64,000 bases of DNA from an uncultured Candidatus Saccharibacteria bacterium. Its GTDB lineage: Bacteria; Patescibacteriota; Minisyncoccia; Phycocordibacterales; Phycocordibacteraceae. This document shows positions 19,723-28,733 of the stretch, piece after piece. The notes beneath the pieces are model-generated. The model was given only the letters and a program-made list of their open reading frames with translations. It was not told the DNA's origin and did not search any database. The stretch covers positions 3,588-67,587 of the forward strand of contig CAYNOO010000002.1 of assembly GCA_964398865.1 (NCBI GenBank), given 5' to 3'. Position numbers and translations under genes: made by a program. Positions within the stretch are counted from its first letter, which is position 1. Every line of letters starts with the position of its first letter.

Positions 19723-20790
19723 ATGTTGCAAACTCCTTTTTACGACCCAACAAAGTCATACGACGACAATTATGCGAATGGTCCCTTTGGTGTGTTCGCG
19801 GGTGTCTCCGCATATGAAGAGAGAGGCGAGCCGGAGTATGAGATTTTCGGGCACAAAGTCTACACGCCATTCGGCATCCCGGCAGGACCCTTATTGAATA
19901 GCAAATTCATGAAAGGTGCGTTTGATAACGGCTTTGATGTATCGATTTACAAGACAGTACGAAGCGGGGTCTACCCCTGTCATCCGTTCCCGAATGTGCT
20001 TGCCGTCCACATTCCTGGCGATCTCAGCCTTGAAGCGGCAGCACGCGAGCCTCTCGTTGCGGATACGAATTACGAAGAGCCTATTTCCATAACCAATTCG
20101 TTCGGCGTTCCTTCTAAAGAAGCCCGAACGTGGCAGGATGATTTCAAGGAGTCAGAGAAATATGCGAAGAAAGGTCAGCTCGCAATCTTAAGTTTCATGG
20201 GAACGGTGAAAGAAGGGCAGACGCATCAGGAGTTCGTGGATGACTACGTGCTTGCTGCGAAGCTTTCAAATGATGCAGGTGCCAAAGTGCTCGAAGTAAA
20301 CTTGTCGTGCCCGAACATCGGCAACGAAGGATTAGTCTGTTACGACTTGAAGACTACTGAAGAAGTGTGCGCTGGTATCCGCAGTGTCATCGGCACGACG
20401 CCCTTGATATTGAAAGTCGGCTACTACAAGGAAGACGCTGACATCAAGGAGCTCGGAAGGATCGCCGACAAGTACGCAGACGGCATTTCCGCAATCAATA
20501 CCGTACAGGCAACTATCATCGACAAAGACGGTACTCAGGCGCTGCCGGGTAAGAATCGCGTAAAGAGTGGCGTGTGCGGGGCATCCATAAAATGGGCAGG
20601 TTTGGACATGGTGAAGCGCTTGCACGCCATCCGAAGCGCGGGAGGTTTAAACTTTAAGATTTGCGGAGTGGGTGGCGTAACGACGGCAGCTGATTATGCC
20701 GCATATCGTGCCGCGGGGGCGGATATCGTGATGAGTGCAACGGGTGCGATGTGGAATCCAAATCTGGCGATAGAGATTAAGTCGTTATAA
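19723..20790 (+). CDS. pyrD: dihydroorotate dehydrogenase family protein
   Basis: LEVNLSCPN signature and TIM-barrel flavoprotein motifs. Carries an N-terminal extension. Confidence 0.75.
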   Translation: MLQTPFYDPTKSYDDNYANGPFGVFAGVSAYEERGEPEYEIFGHKVYTPFGIPAGPLLNSKFMKGAFDNGFDVSIYKTVRSGVYPCHPFPNVLAVHIPGDLSLEAAAREPLVADTNYEEPISITNSFGVPSKEARTWQDDFKESEKYAKKGQLAILSFMGTVKEGQTHQEFVDDYVLAAKLSNDAGAKVLEVNLSCPNIGNEGLVCYDLKTTEEVCAGIRSVIGTTPLILKVGYYKEDADIKELGRIADKYADGISAINTVQATIIDKDGTQALPGKNRVKSGVCGASIKWAGLDMVKRLHAIRSAGGLNFKICGVGGVTTAADYAAYRAAGADIVMSATGAMWNPNLAIEIKSL

Positions 20791-20804
20791 ATTAGCATTC
20801 GTAC

Positions 20805-21710
20805 ATGAAAATACAGCACGTCATCGAGACTCAGCAATTTGACCGCGAAGCACTTAATAAGCTTTTCAAGCTTGCAACTTCTTTTGAAAAAAATCGCACG
20901 AAGGATCTCGACGGAAAGATTATGGCGTCGTTGTTTTTCGCACCCTCAACCCGCACCCGTCTTTCTTTCGAGTCTGCCATGTATCGCCTCGGCGGTCATG
21001 TTATCTCAATGGAGAATGCGAGCGAATCGTCCTCATCGACAAAAGGGGAGACTATTGAGGACACTATCCGCATCGTAGACAATTACGCGGATGTAATCAT
21101 TCTTCGGCATCCAGAAGTCGGTACGCTCGCGAGGGCTGCTGCTGTTTCGGAAGTTCCCGTCATTAATGCCGGCGACGGCATCGGTCAGCATCCCACGCAG
21201 GCGTTCTTGGACCTGTACACCATAGAGCGAGAGATAGGTCGCACTGACAATTTCCATATCGCATTCGTGGGGAATCTTGCCTACTATCGCGCAGCCCGTT
21301 CCCTCGCGTATCTTCTTTCAAAATACGAGAACATTACGATGACGTTCGTATCCGGTTCGGAGCTTAGGATGAAGGATGACGTTAAAGAGCATCTCAAAGA
21401 GAAAGGGGTTACGTTTACCGAGACTGAAGACTTGGAGAAAGCGATGAGCGAAGCTGATGTTGTCTATCAGACGCGTATCGCGGAAGAATGGATTCCTGAT
21501 CACGACCAATACGAAAAGCTTCGCGGAAAGTACGTCATCACACGCCCGATGACCGATCACATGAAAGACGGCGCCATTCTCATTCATCCACTGCCGCGCG
21601 CAGGCGAGATCATGCCGGAAGTCGACGACTCTCCCCATGCGGTTTATTTCAAGCAGGCAGAATACGGAGTACTCGTGCGCATGGCACTCTTGAAAACTCT
21701 CTTAGCGTAA
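20805..21710 (+). CDS. pyrB: aspartate carbamoyltransferase catalytic subunit
   Basis: STRTRLSFE carbamoyl-phosphate-binding motif and HPLP motif. 301 aa. Confidence 0.9.
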   Translation: MKIQHVIETQQFDREALNKLFKLATSFEKNRTKDLDGKIMASLFFAPSTRTRLSFESAMYRLGGHVISMENASESSSSTKGETIEDTIRIVDNYADVIILRHPEVGTLARAAAVSEVPVINAGDGIGQHPTQAFLDLYTIEREIGRTDNFHIAFVGNLAYYRAARSLAYLLSKYENITMTFVSGSELRMKDDVKEHLKEKGVTFTETEDLEKAMSEADVVYQTRIAEEWIPDHDQYEKLRGKYVITRPMTDHMKDGAILIHPLPRAGEIMPEVDDSPHAVYFKQAEYGVLVRMALLKTLLA

Positions 21711-21767
21711 CCGTATTGGTGAAATAAAGAACTACTCTTCAGAGGAACAGAGCACGGGCGGTCACGG

Positions 21768-21816
21768 TAAGTGATTTGATATATCATATCAGCGATATGA
21801 TATATCAAATCACTTA
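21768..21816. repeat. AT-rich palindrome, copy 2, expanded form (taaGTGATTTGATATATCATATCAGCGATATGATATATCAAATCACtta)
   Basis: A roughly 49-bp near-perfect palindrome built from two overlapping copies of the family motif. It sits between convergent pyrB and pyrC. Confidence 0.8.
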
Positions 21817-21841
21817 AATGAAGATGCTTTCTATTTACATG

Positions 21842-22933
21842 TCAGAAGACGCGCCATTGTATAGGAGTTCGTTTTGTCGGGTTCTCGTCATAGCCTAATG
21901 GGTGGATTTTTTCTCCGTCTTCAACGTCCACCAGCTCGTCTATCAACCAAGGTTCTTTTACAAGGGTTATTTTTTCTTCGTTAGGCTGCACGTTGTAGAA
22001 TTTCGGACCATTCAATGACGCGAACGCCTCTAAATTTTCTAACTTTCCCATATCTTCAAAAACTCCCGTGTAGAGTTCAATTGCTGCAGGTGCGCTAAAG
22101 ATGCCCGCGGCGGGCGCTTCGCGCTCTTTCGCCGATACTGGGTGAGGTGCCGAGTCGGTACCGAGAAAAAAATACGGCTCGCCGGAGGTTGCCGCTTCGC
22201 GAATGGCTTTTTGATTCGCTTCGTCCTTTATCACCGGCATGCAGTGAAGGTATGCGGGTTTCTCGCTCTGCAGTACGTCCTCATGGTTTTCCATTAAGTG
22301 GTGCACGGTAATCGTGGAGGCAAGGCGATTGCTCTTTTCGTTTCGTATAAAAGCAACTGCGTCTTTCGTTGTCGCGTGCTCCAAGACAATTTTCAATTCC
22401 GGAAAATCTTTCAGTAGCTGTGGAAGAATCGTGTCTAGAAAAACCTTTTCCCTATCATACGGGTCGACATCATTGCCTTGATAGCGGAGCGTCTCTCCGT
22501 GAATGAGGATGGGCATGCCAATTTTCTGCATCGTTTCAAGCACTGCTCGTACTTTGCTAATGTCAGTGACGCCCTGTGTGGAGTTTGTGGTAGCTCCCGC
22601 AGGATAGAGCTTTACTGCAGTTGCCAAACCTTCTTTGAAACCTTGCGCGATATCTTCAGCGGAAGAATTGTCCGTGAGGTAGTACGTCATGAGAGGAGTG
22701 AAAGGAAAGTCTCCAATGGCTTCGAGTATCCGACCTCGGTATGCGCGGAGCTCATCAGTCGTGAGGATTGGGTTCGGCGAGAGATTAGGCATTACAATTG
22801 CGCGCCCGAAGTGCTTGGCAGTGAAGGGGAGCACAGCTCTGAGCATCGCTCCGTCGCGCAAGTGCACATGCCAATCGTCGGGTTTCCGTATAGTTAGAGA
22901 GTCCATATTCTGAGAATATTCTAGCATTCGCAA
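21842..22933 (-). CDS. pyrC: dihydroorotase
   Basis: DWHVHLRDG metal-binding motif and an amidohydrolase fold. 363 aa. Confidence 0.8.
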   Translation of the reverse strand: MRMLEYSQNMDSLTIRKPDDWHVHLRDGAMLRAVLPFTAKHFGRAIVMPNLSPNPILTTDELRAYRGRILEAIGDFPFTPLMTYYLTDNSSAEDIAQGFKEGLATAVKLYPAGATTNSTQGVTDISKVRAVLETMQKIGMPILIHGETLRYQGNDVDPYDREKVFLDTILPQLLKDFPELKIVLEHATTKDAVAFIRNEKSNRLASTITVHHLMENHEDVLQSEKPAYLHCMPVIKDEANQKAIREAATSGEPYFFLGTDSAPHPVSAKEREAPAAGIFSAPAAIELYTGVFEDMGKLENLEAFASLNGPKFYNVQPNEEKITLVKEPWLIDELVDVEDGEKIHPLGYDENPTKRTPIQWRVF

Positions 22934-23299
22934 CTTCTTTTTCTCTATTATCCATATTCGTCTAAATAAGAGAATGGTTTAGAGATTTTGACCAGAGAGT
23001 GGGTTTGTTTTAGAATGCACTTATATGGTTATGGGTCACGAAGGAGTCAGAAAAGAAGAAGCATCTGTTACGCGCACCCCTGCTGGCAACGGCATGTTAT
23101 ATGTTGTTGAGATTGGAAATAAAGCTTTTCGTTTTCTCGGAGAAGGTTCGCATCTGCAGCCATTGCCGCGAAACTCAAAAGGAAGAGAGTGGGATGAAGC
23201 GGCAGCACTTGCTCGCAAGTACGATAGCGATAAGAAGAAGCATTAAAGGTTAAGTTTTGCCGAGGGTATCTCAGGTGGTTTCTGTTATACTTCTGACAA

Positions 23300-24340
23300 A
23301 TGTCGGAGTTGTCGCTGTATAGGAAATACCGCCCTAGTGCATTCAAAGATGTCTTGGGTCAGGATCATGTCGTGAAGGTTCTTCAGGGTGCTCTTAAAGA
23401 GGAGCATCTAGCGCACGCATATCTTTTTGTAGGATCTCGCGGAACGGGTAAGACTAGTGTTGCGCGTATTCTTGCGCGTGAACTTGGAGCAAGCGAGCGT
23501 GACATCTACGAGATGGATGCCGCTTCAAACACTGGCGTTGATAATATCCGCTCTCTTCGGGAAGAGGCGTCTACGATGCCATTTGAGTCACCGCGTAAGG
23601 TCTACATCATCGATGAAGTACACATGCTCTCGAAAGGTGCCTTCAATGCATTTTTGAAACTGCTGGAAGAACCGCCCTCGCACGTGGTCTTTATTCTTGC
23701 GACAACAGAGTTAGAAAAAGTTCCTGAAACCATTCAGTCACGCTGCCAGGTGTTTACTTTTAAGAAGCCTACACAAAAAGTTTTAGTGGAGATGGTGACG
23801 AGGGTAGCAAAGGCTGAAGGCTTTACACTCGAGCCTGCAGCAGCAGAATTAATATCTCTCCTTGCAGACGGCTCGTTTCGCGATGCCCATGGGACTCTGC
23901 AGAAGATTCTTTCTTCCTCTTCTGATAAGAAAGTGAGTGTTGAAGAAGCAGTGCTCGTTACCGGCGCGCCTCGACTTGAGCTCATTGAAAAGGTGATTAC
24001 GAGCTTGAGTGAAGGAACAAGTGATGGCGCACTCAGAGCTCTTGGAGAGGCAGTCAAGGCGAACGCGGACATGGGAGTGTTCGTCATGCTCTTGCTCCAG
24101 CGTTTGCGCATACTTCTGATGCTTCGCTATTCGCCTGATTTCGGACGCAATCTTGCGGCTGATCTTGCAGACGCTGATCGCGATTTCTTGGAAGCGCTCG
24201 CGAAAGATACAAAATCAAAAATAAATTCAGAAACCTTACGAAAATTTATTCTCGCTTCGATCGAAATTTCTCGCTCGCCCGTTCCTGAGCTCCCATTAGA
24301 GCTTGCAATAATGGAGCTTTCGCAAAATCCACTTCCGTAA
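23300..24340 (+). CDS. dnaX: DNA polymerase III subunit gamma/tau, short form (or delta-prime-like clamp loader subunit)
   Basis: AAA+ clamp-loader motifs: HAYLFVGSRGTGKTS P-loop, DEVHML and an SRC motif. Only 346 aa. Confidence 0.7.
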   Translation: MSELSLYRKYRPSAFKDVLGQDHVVKVLQGALKEEHLAHAYLFVGSRGTGKTSVARILARELGASERDIYEMDAASNTGVDNIRSLREEASTMPFESPRKVYIIDEVHMLSKGAFNAFLKLLEEPPSHVVFILATTELEKVPETIQSRCQVFTFKKPTQKVLVEMVTRVAKAEGFTLEPAAAELISLLADGSFRDAHGTLQKILSSSSDKKVSVEEAVLVTGAPRLELIEKVITSLSEGTSDGALRALGEAVKANADMGVFVMLLLQRLRILLMLRYSPDFGRNLAADLADADRDFLEALAKDTKSKINSETLRKFILASIEISRSPVPELPLELAIMELSQNPLP

Positions 24341-24414
24341 TTTTTATATCCTAGAGACGTCTTATACTGATAGTGCCCTTCTATGGGGCATTTTAAAAGT
24401 TTTAACTAAATCGC

Positions 24415-25083
24415 ATGAAAATATTTACGAGATTATTGCCTGTAGCGCTTCTCGTGCTACCGCTTTCGGTAGGAGCAGCGTCGTTATATGGCAACACAGA
24501 CGTTACGGTTACTGCTGATACTAATGCTGCAGCAAGCGTGAGTGCTGACGTCGATGCGCAAGGTTCTGCCGGAGCCGGAAATGATTCGGCACAAAACGAT
24601 GCGGTCGTTAACGTGAACGTGGATGCCTCAGGAAACCAAGTGCAGGCATCAAACGATGCAAACATGAGCGCAGAGTTCAAATTGTTTACGGATGATGTGA
24701 AGGTCAAGAACGAACGTGTTGAAGCGGTCGCCGTAAACGGAGACGGAAGCGTTGACGTCGCCTATCGTCATGACGCGAAGTTTCTCGGTTTCATTCCGAT
24801 GAAGCTCACATCGCACACGATCGTGAAGACTGATGCTGACGGTAATGTGTCTGTCGCGGTCAAGCTGCCATGGTGGAGCTTTCTAGTGGGTGGTGTCTCC
24901 AAGGTTAAAGCTGACGTCGAAGCTTCACTCAAGGCAAACGCTGAGGTGAAGGCGGAGGCTGGTGTTGCAGTGTCAGATGAGATGCGCGCGAGAATCATAA
25001 ACGCTGTCGTTTCGTCCTTGAACGCGGAAGCTCAGGCTTCTGTGGATGCTCAAGCTCAAACGAGTACTCAAGCTAGCTACTAA
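24415..25083 (+). CDS. hypothetical secreted low-complexity (Ala/Asp/Asn/Val-rich) protein
   Basis: Signal peptide MKIFTRLLPVALLVLPLSVGAAS followed by a repetitive acidic region. Confidence 0.4.
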   Translation: MKIFTRLLPVALLVLPLSVGAASLYGNTDVTVTADTNAAASVSADVDAQGSAGAGNDSAQNDAVVNVNVDASGNQVQASNDANMSAEFKLFTDDVKVKNERVEAVAVNGDGSVDVAYRHDAKFLGFIPMKLTSHTIVKTDADGNVSVAVKLPWWSFLVGGVSKVKADVEASLKANAEVKAEAGVAVSDEMRARIINAVVSSLNAEAQASVDAQAQTSTQASY

Positions 25084-25100
25084 AGTTTTGGAGCGATTTC

Positions 25101-25133
25101 AAAAAACACCCTGCGGTAAAGCAGGGTGTTTTT
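25101..25133 (+). terminator. Rho-independent terminator (aaaaaaCACCCTGCggtaaaGCAGGGTGttttt)
   Basis: 8-bp GC-rich stem and a T5 run, downstream of 24415-25083. Confidence 0.8.
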
Positions 25134-25190
25134 CATATAAAGTAGAAATTTGAATCTGAAACCTGTATCCTGACACCTGACAGCTAATCT

Positions 25191-25261
25191 TGGGGAGTCG
25201 TCTAATGGTAGGACAGAGGCCTTTGAAGCCTTTAATTGGGGTTCGAATCCCTGCTCCCCAG
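25191..25261 (+). tRNA. tRNA-Gln (anticodon UUG)
   Basis: A U1-A72 acceptor pair (TGGGGAG/CTCCCCA), anticodon loop CTTTGAA and T-loop GGTTCGAATCC. Followed by hairpin terminator AATCCCGATGtgtaagcCATCGGGATTtt. Confidence 0.85.
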
Positions 25262-25262
25262 C
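25244..25262 (+). repeat. direct repeat DR1, the 3' end of tRNA-Gln (CGAATCCCTGCTCCCCAGC)
   Basis: An identical 19-mer recurs at 25433-25451. Confidence 0.85.
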
Positions 25263-25432
25263 TAGAGAAAGTTGAATCCCGATGTGTAAGCATCGGGATT
25301 TTAATTTCTCTCTGTGGACAGGGATTCGAAAGACGGAGGCGCGAAGCCGCATGTCTCATGCGTCGCCGAGTCGGGGTCGAGAACACTTAGTATTTTACGA
25401 GCCTGAGAGTAAAATACTTAGTGATTCGTGAC

Positions 25433-25451
25433 CGAATCCCTGCTCCCCAGC
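25433..25451 (+). repeat. direct repeat DR2, a partial tRNA-Gln 3'-end copy (att-like)
   Basis: 19/19 identity to DR1. It sits immediately before the AT-rich islet. Confidence 0.85.
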
Positions 25452-25463
25452 AAAAAACATCAT

Positions 25464-25898
25464 ATGACAGAAATAAAAACAAAAGTGAATAAAGCGAGTG
25501 TAACGAAATTTTTGAGCACAGTTAAAGATATAGAGAAGCGCAAAGATTGCGTCGTCATTTCTAAAATGATGGAGAACGCAACTAAAGCTAAGCCGGAAAT
25601 GTGGGGGACTTCGATTGTTGGTTTTGGTCGAAGGAAGTATACGTATGCAAATGGGAAAGAGGGAGAGTGGATGATTATAGGTTTTTCTCCACGCAAACAA
25701 AACATCGCTCTCTATGGTTTAAAAATTTTCAAGATGACCACAGACGGTTTAAAAGAAAATAAAGGAGAAAACGATTTTCTTCTAAAATTAGGCAAATATA
25801 AAGAAGGAGGCGGATGCCTGTATATCAATAAGCTTTCCGATGTAGATAAAAAAGAGCTTGAAAAAATCATCAAACTCGCGGTGCATCGCAAAAAATAA
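25464..25898 (+). CDS. DUF1801 (YdhG/YdeI-like) domain protein
   Basis: Lys-rich and AT-rich gene. The KPEMWGTSIVGFG...WMIIGFSPRKQNIALYG pattern resembles the DUF1801 family. Start taken at the internal Met. Confidence 0.5.
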   Translation: MTEIKTKVNKASVTKFLSTVKDIEKRKDCVVISKMMENATKAKPEMWGTSIVGFGRRKYTYANGKEGEWMIIGFSPRKQNIALYGLKIFKMTTDGLKENKGENDFLLKLGKYKEGGGCLYINKLSDVDKKELEKIIKLAVHRKK

Positions 25899-25899
25899 T

Positions 25900-26130
25900 A
25901 TGCCCGCCAAAAAACTTGTAAAGAAAAAATACACTCATTATCACAAGGACGGCAGCATCTGGGCGAAGGGTTTTACCTCTGGAGGAAAGATGGATGGATA
26001 TTGGGAATGGTTCAGAAAAGATGGAACGAAGATGCGTTCTGGATATTTTAAGAAAAATGTTCAGACAGGTGAGTGGACCACCTACGATAAGAAAGGGGGA
26101 ATCGTCAAAGTCACGAGGATGAAAGATTGA
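25900..26130 (+). CDS. MORN-variant repeat protein (YwqK antitoxin-like)
   Basis: Repeats G.W..Y..dG (HYHKDGSIWAKGFTSGGKMDGYWEWFRKDGTKMRSGYFKKNVQTGEWTTYDKKG). AT-rich. Confidence 0.45.
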   Translation: MPAKKLVKKKYTHYHKDGSIWAKGFTSGGKMDGYWEWFRKDGTKMRSGYFKKNVQTGEWTTYDKKGGIVKVTRMKD

Positions 26131-26156
26131 TTTTAAATGGCTCATTGGGACTCATA

Positions 26157-26190
26157 ACTAATAAATGTCCGACCGGACATTTATTAGTTA
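26157..26190. terminator. perfect hairpin AACTAATAAATGTCCGaccgGACATTTATTAGTT (hairpin family B, copy 1)
   Basis: 16-bp stem downstream of the islet genes. Shares the AAATGTCCG/CGGACATTT core with 57630-57663. Confidence 0.6.
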
Positions 26191-26362
26191 TGGGGGTTTC
26201 TGAGTTTTACATGAAGAGTGAGTAGATCTAAACCGCGCACTGCAGGACTGACCCGCGGAGCATTTTTAGTGCATTTGATATACTGCAGGGATTACTCTAA
26301 CTAAGAACAGGAAGCGTCGCGCTTCAATGAACAGTTACGCGACGCGATTCTGACTGAATCGC

Positions 26363-26860
26363 ATGGTACAAAAAATCACTCCATTCTTGTGGTTCGATAA
26401 AAATGCCGAAGAGGCGATTAATTTCTACACCTCCATATTCAAGGATTCGCGCATTGTGAGTATCAAGCGTTACCCCGAGGGTCCTTTGGACGGTCCTATG
26501 AAAGGGATGGAAGGAAAAGTGCTTACTGCTGTGTTCGAACTTTTCGGACAGCAATTCATGGCACTTGATGGAGGTCCATATTTTCAGGCCTCGGGTGCTG
26601 TATCGTTTTATGTGGAGTGTCAAAATCAAGAAGAGGTTGATGAGTATTGGAACCGCCTTACCGAAGGTGGCGACCCAACTGCTCAGCAGTGCGGATGGCT
26701 CAAGGATAAATTCGGCTTCTCATGGCAGATCATCCCAGAAGCGCTGCCGCGCCTGCTTAGTGATTCGGACACGGTGAAGTCCGGACGTGTCATGGCTGCG
26801 ATGATGCAAATGAAAAAGATCGACGTGGCAACCTTAGAGCAGGCATACAATCAGAAGTGA
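26363..26860 (+). CDS. VOC-family protein (PhnB / 3-demethylubiquinone-9 3-methyltransferase-domain like)
   Basis: N-terminal ITPFLWFDKNAEEAINFYTSIFKDS is the hallmark of the PhnB-like glyoxalase-fold family. Confidence 0.7.
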   Translation: MVQKITPFLWFDKNAEEAINFYTSIFKDSRIVSIKRYPEGPLDGPMKGMEGKVLTAVFELFGQQFMALDGGPYFQASGAVSFYVECQNQEEVDEYWNRLTEGGDPTAQQCGWLKDKFGFSWQIIPEALPRLLSDSDTVKSGRVMAAMMQMKKIDVATLEQAYNQK

Positions 26861-26891
26861 AAGAGTAGTGGATCTGTATACCGCATGAAAT

Positions 26892-28733
26892 GTGCAGATT
26901 CGCATCAGGCGGATATTTCGAACTATGTCTAAAAAATCAAAAAACCAAAGAGAAACTAAAAAGGGAGAGGAGCAGCGCCCCGGGCAATCTTCTGATGCGG
27001 CAGTGGTGCCGGCGCTAAAAGTGCCAAGCGTCTTCACGCTCTTGGGACCTTATCGGACCACTATCACATGGCTTGCGCTTCTCGCTCTTGCGGCGAACGC
27101 CCTCACTCTCTTTCTTCCGAAACTAATCTCTCATGTGATTGATTCATACGTGCAAGGGGTACTCGATCTACCGCTACTCATTATCGAGTTCGGTGCCTTC
27201 GCGTTTGGCATTTTCTTCTTCACGTATTTGCAAAGCATCATGCAGACGTATGCGTCCGAGCGGGTCGCGCGGGATCTTCGTTTGAAGCTCGTCAGCAAGA
27301 TTTCTCGGCAGAGCTATCGCTTCATCGAGGACAAGAACCCCTCGAAACTCCTTACCTACATTACGTCCGATATTGATTCTATAAAGATGTTCGTCGCGCA
27401 GGGCATCGTTTCTCTCGTCTCGTCAGCCGTCATTATCATTGGTGCAGCTATCATCCTTCTCAGTATCGATTGGAAACTAGCACTCGCGGTCTTGATGATC
27501 ATCCCCATTATCGGCGGTACGTTCTTCGTCATACTCAAGATGGTGCGAGCGCTTTTCATGCAAAGCCGCGAAGTAATCGATTGGCTGAATGCCGTCATTA
27601 ACGAAAGTATTCTAGGGGCAGCACTCATCCGCGTACTTCATTCCGAGCGCTTCGAGCATGAGAAATTCAAGGACGCGAACGCACGAGCTCGTGCGATTGG
27701 TCTCGGGATACTGCAGCTCTTCTCGTTCATGATACCTATCATCACGTTCGTCTCGAGCATGGGTACACTCACGGTGGTGACGCTCGGGGGTTATTTTGTC
27801 ACGACCGGTTCGATGACCTTGGGTTCGTTTGCTGCATTCATGAGCTACATTGTCATTCTTATTTTCCCGATACTTGTCATAGGTTTCATAAGCAACATCA
27901 TCGCTCAGGCAAGCGCTTCCTACGCGCGCATCTATGGCATCCTTGAGGCACCCGATGAGAAGGACGAAGGGACTATCACTGAACCTTTGCACGGGCGCCT
28001 GGAGCTTCGTAATGTAACGCTCACCTACGGCGAAAAGCCAGCGCTCAAAGATGTTTCGCTTTCGGTGATGCCAGGCACGAAGACCGCTATTTTAGGACCA
28101 ACTGCGGCTGGAAAAACTCAGCTTCTCAATGTCGCCGCAGGTCTCACATTCCCGCAATCAGGTGAAGTGGAGTACGACGGGCGACCGCTCGCGGAATATG
28201 AACGTGCATCGTTCTATCCGCAGATAGGTCTGGTGTTCCAGGACAGCGTCCTTTTTAATACCAGCGTTCGTGAGAATATCGCCTTCAGTACCACAGTGAC
28301 CGATCAGTCCCTTGAGAAGGCGGTGCAAACAGCGGAGCTCGATGAGTTTCTCAAGACCTTGCCGCAAGGTTTGGACACGCTCGTGTCGGAGCGGGGCACC
28401 TCGCTCTCTGGCGGGCAGAAACAGCGCATCATGTTGGCGCGCGCCTTGGCGCTTGATCCGAAGATACTTTTTCTTGATGATTTCACCGCACGCGTGGACG
28501 GGCACACGGAGGGGAAGATTTTAGCGAACATCGAGCGAAATTATCCAGGAATTACGCTCATCTCCATAACCCAGAAGATAACCCCTATTGAGGATTACGA
28601 TCAGATCATCCTTCTTATGGAGGGGGAGATTCTCGCCCGCGGCACGCATAAGGAGCTCATGCATACCTCGCCTGAATACGTTCAGATTTATGATTCTCAG
28701 CGCTCAACCAATACCTATGAACTACGAACTTAA
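26892..28733 (+). CDS. ABC transporter permease/ATP-binding protein (exporter, MsbA/MdlB type)
   Basis: Six-transmembrane domain plus a nucleotide-binding domain with Walker A GPTAAGKT, signature LSGGQKQR and Walker B ILFLDD. The start is possibly MSKKSK at 26925. Confidence 0.85.
   Translation: MQIRIRRIFRTMSKKSKNQRETKKGEEQRPGQSSDAAVVPALKVPSVFTLLGPYRTTITWLALLALAANALTLFLPKLISHVIDSYVQGVLDLPLLIIEFGAFAFGIFFFTYLQSIMQTYASERVARDLRLKLVSKISRQSYRFIEDKNPSKLLTYITSDIDSIKMFVAQGIVSLVSSAVIIIGAAIILLSIDWKLALAVLMIIPIIGGTFFVILKMVRALFMQSREVIDWLNAVINESILGAALIRVLHSERFEHEKFKDANARARAIGLGILQLFSFMIPIITFVSSMGTLTVVTLGGYFVTTGSMTLGSFAAFMSYIVILIFPILVIGFISNIIAQASASYARIYGILEAPDEKDEGTITEPLHGRLELRNVTLTYGEKPALKDVSLSVMPGTKTAILGPTAAGKTQLLNVAAGLTFPQSGEVEYDGRPLAEYERASFYPQIGLVFQDSVLFNTSVRENIAFSTTVTDQSLEKAVQTAELDEFLKTLPQGLDTLVSERGTSLSGGQKQRIMLARALALDPKILFLDDFTARVDGHTEGKILANIERNYPGITLISITQKITPIEDYDQIILLMEGEILARGTHKELMHTSPEYVQIYDSQRSTNTYELRT

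Noticed and set aside
23025-23246. 73-aa ORF in the pyrC-dnaX divergent spacer
   Set aside because: It has no recognisable features and lies in a divergent promoter region. It may be real but cannot be supported.
24373-24394. Possible terminator after dnaX (gTGCCCttctatGGGCAtttt)
   Set aside because: It has only a 5-bp stem and an interrupted T-tract, which is too weak to call.
28588-28716. Extended N-terminus of the second ABC exporter (ORF-track start at 28588)
   Set aside because: That reading overlaps 146 nt of the upstream ABC gene in another frame. The internal Met at 28717 gives a typical 17-nt operon overlap and a proper transmembrane-domain start.
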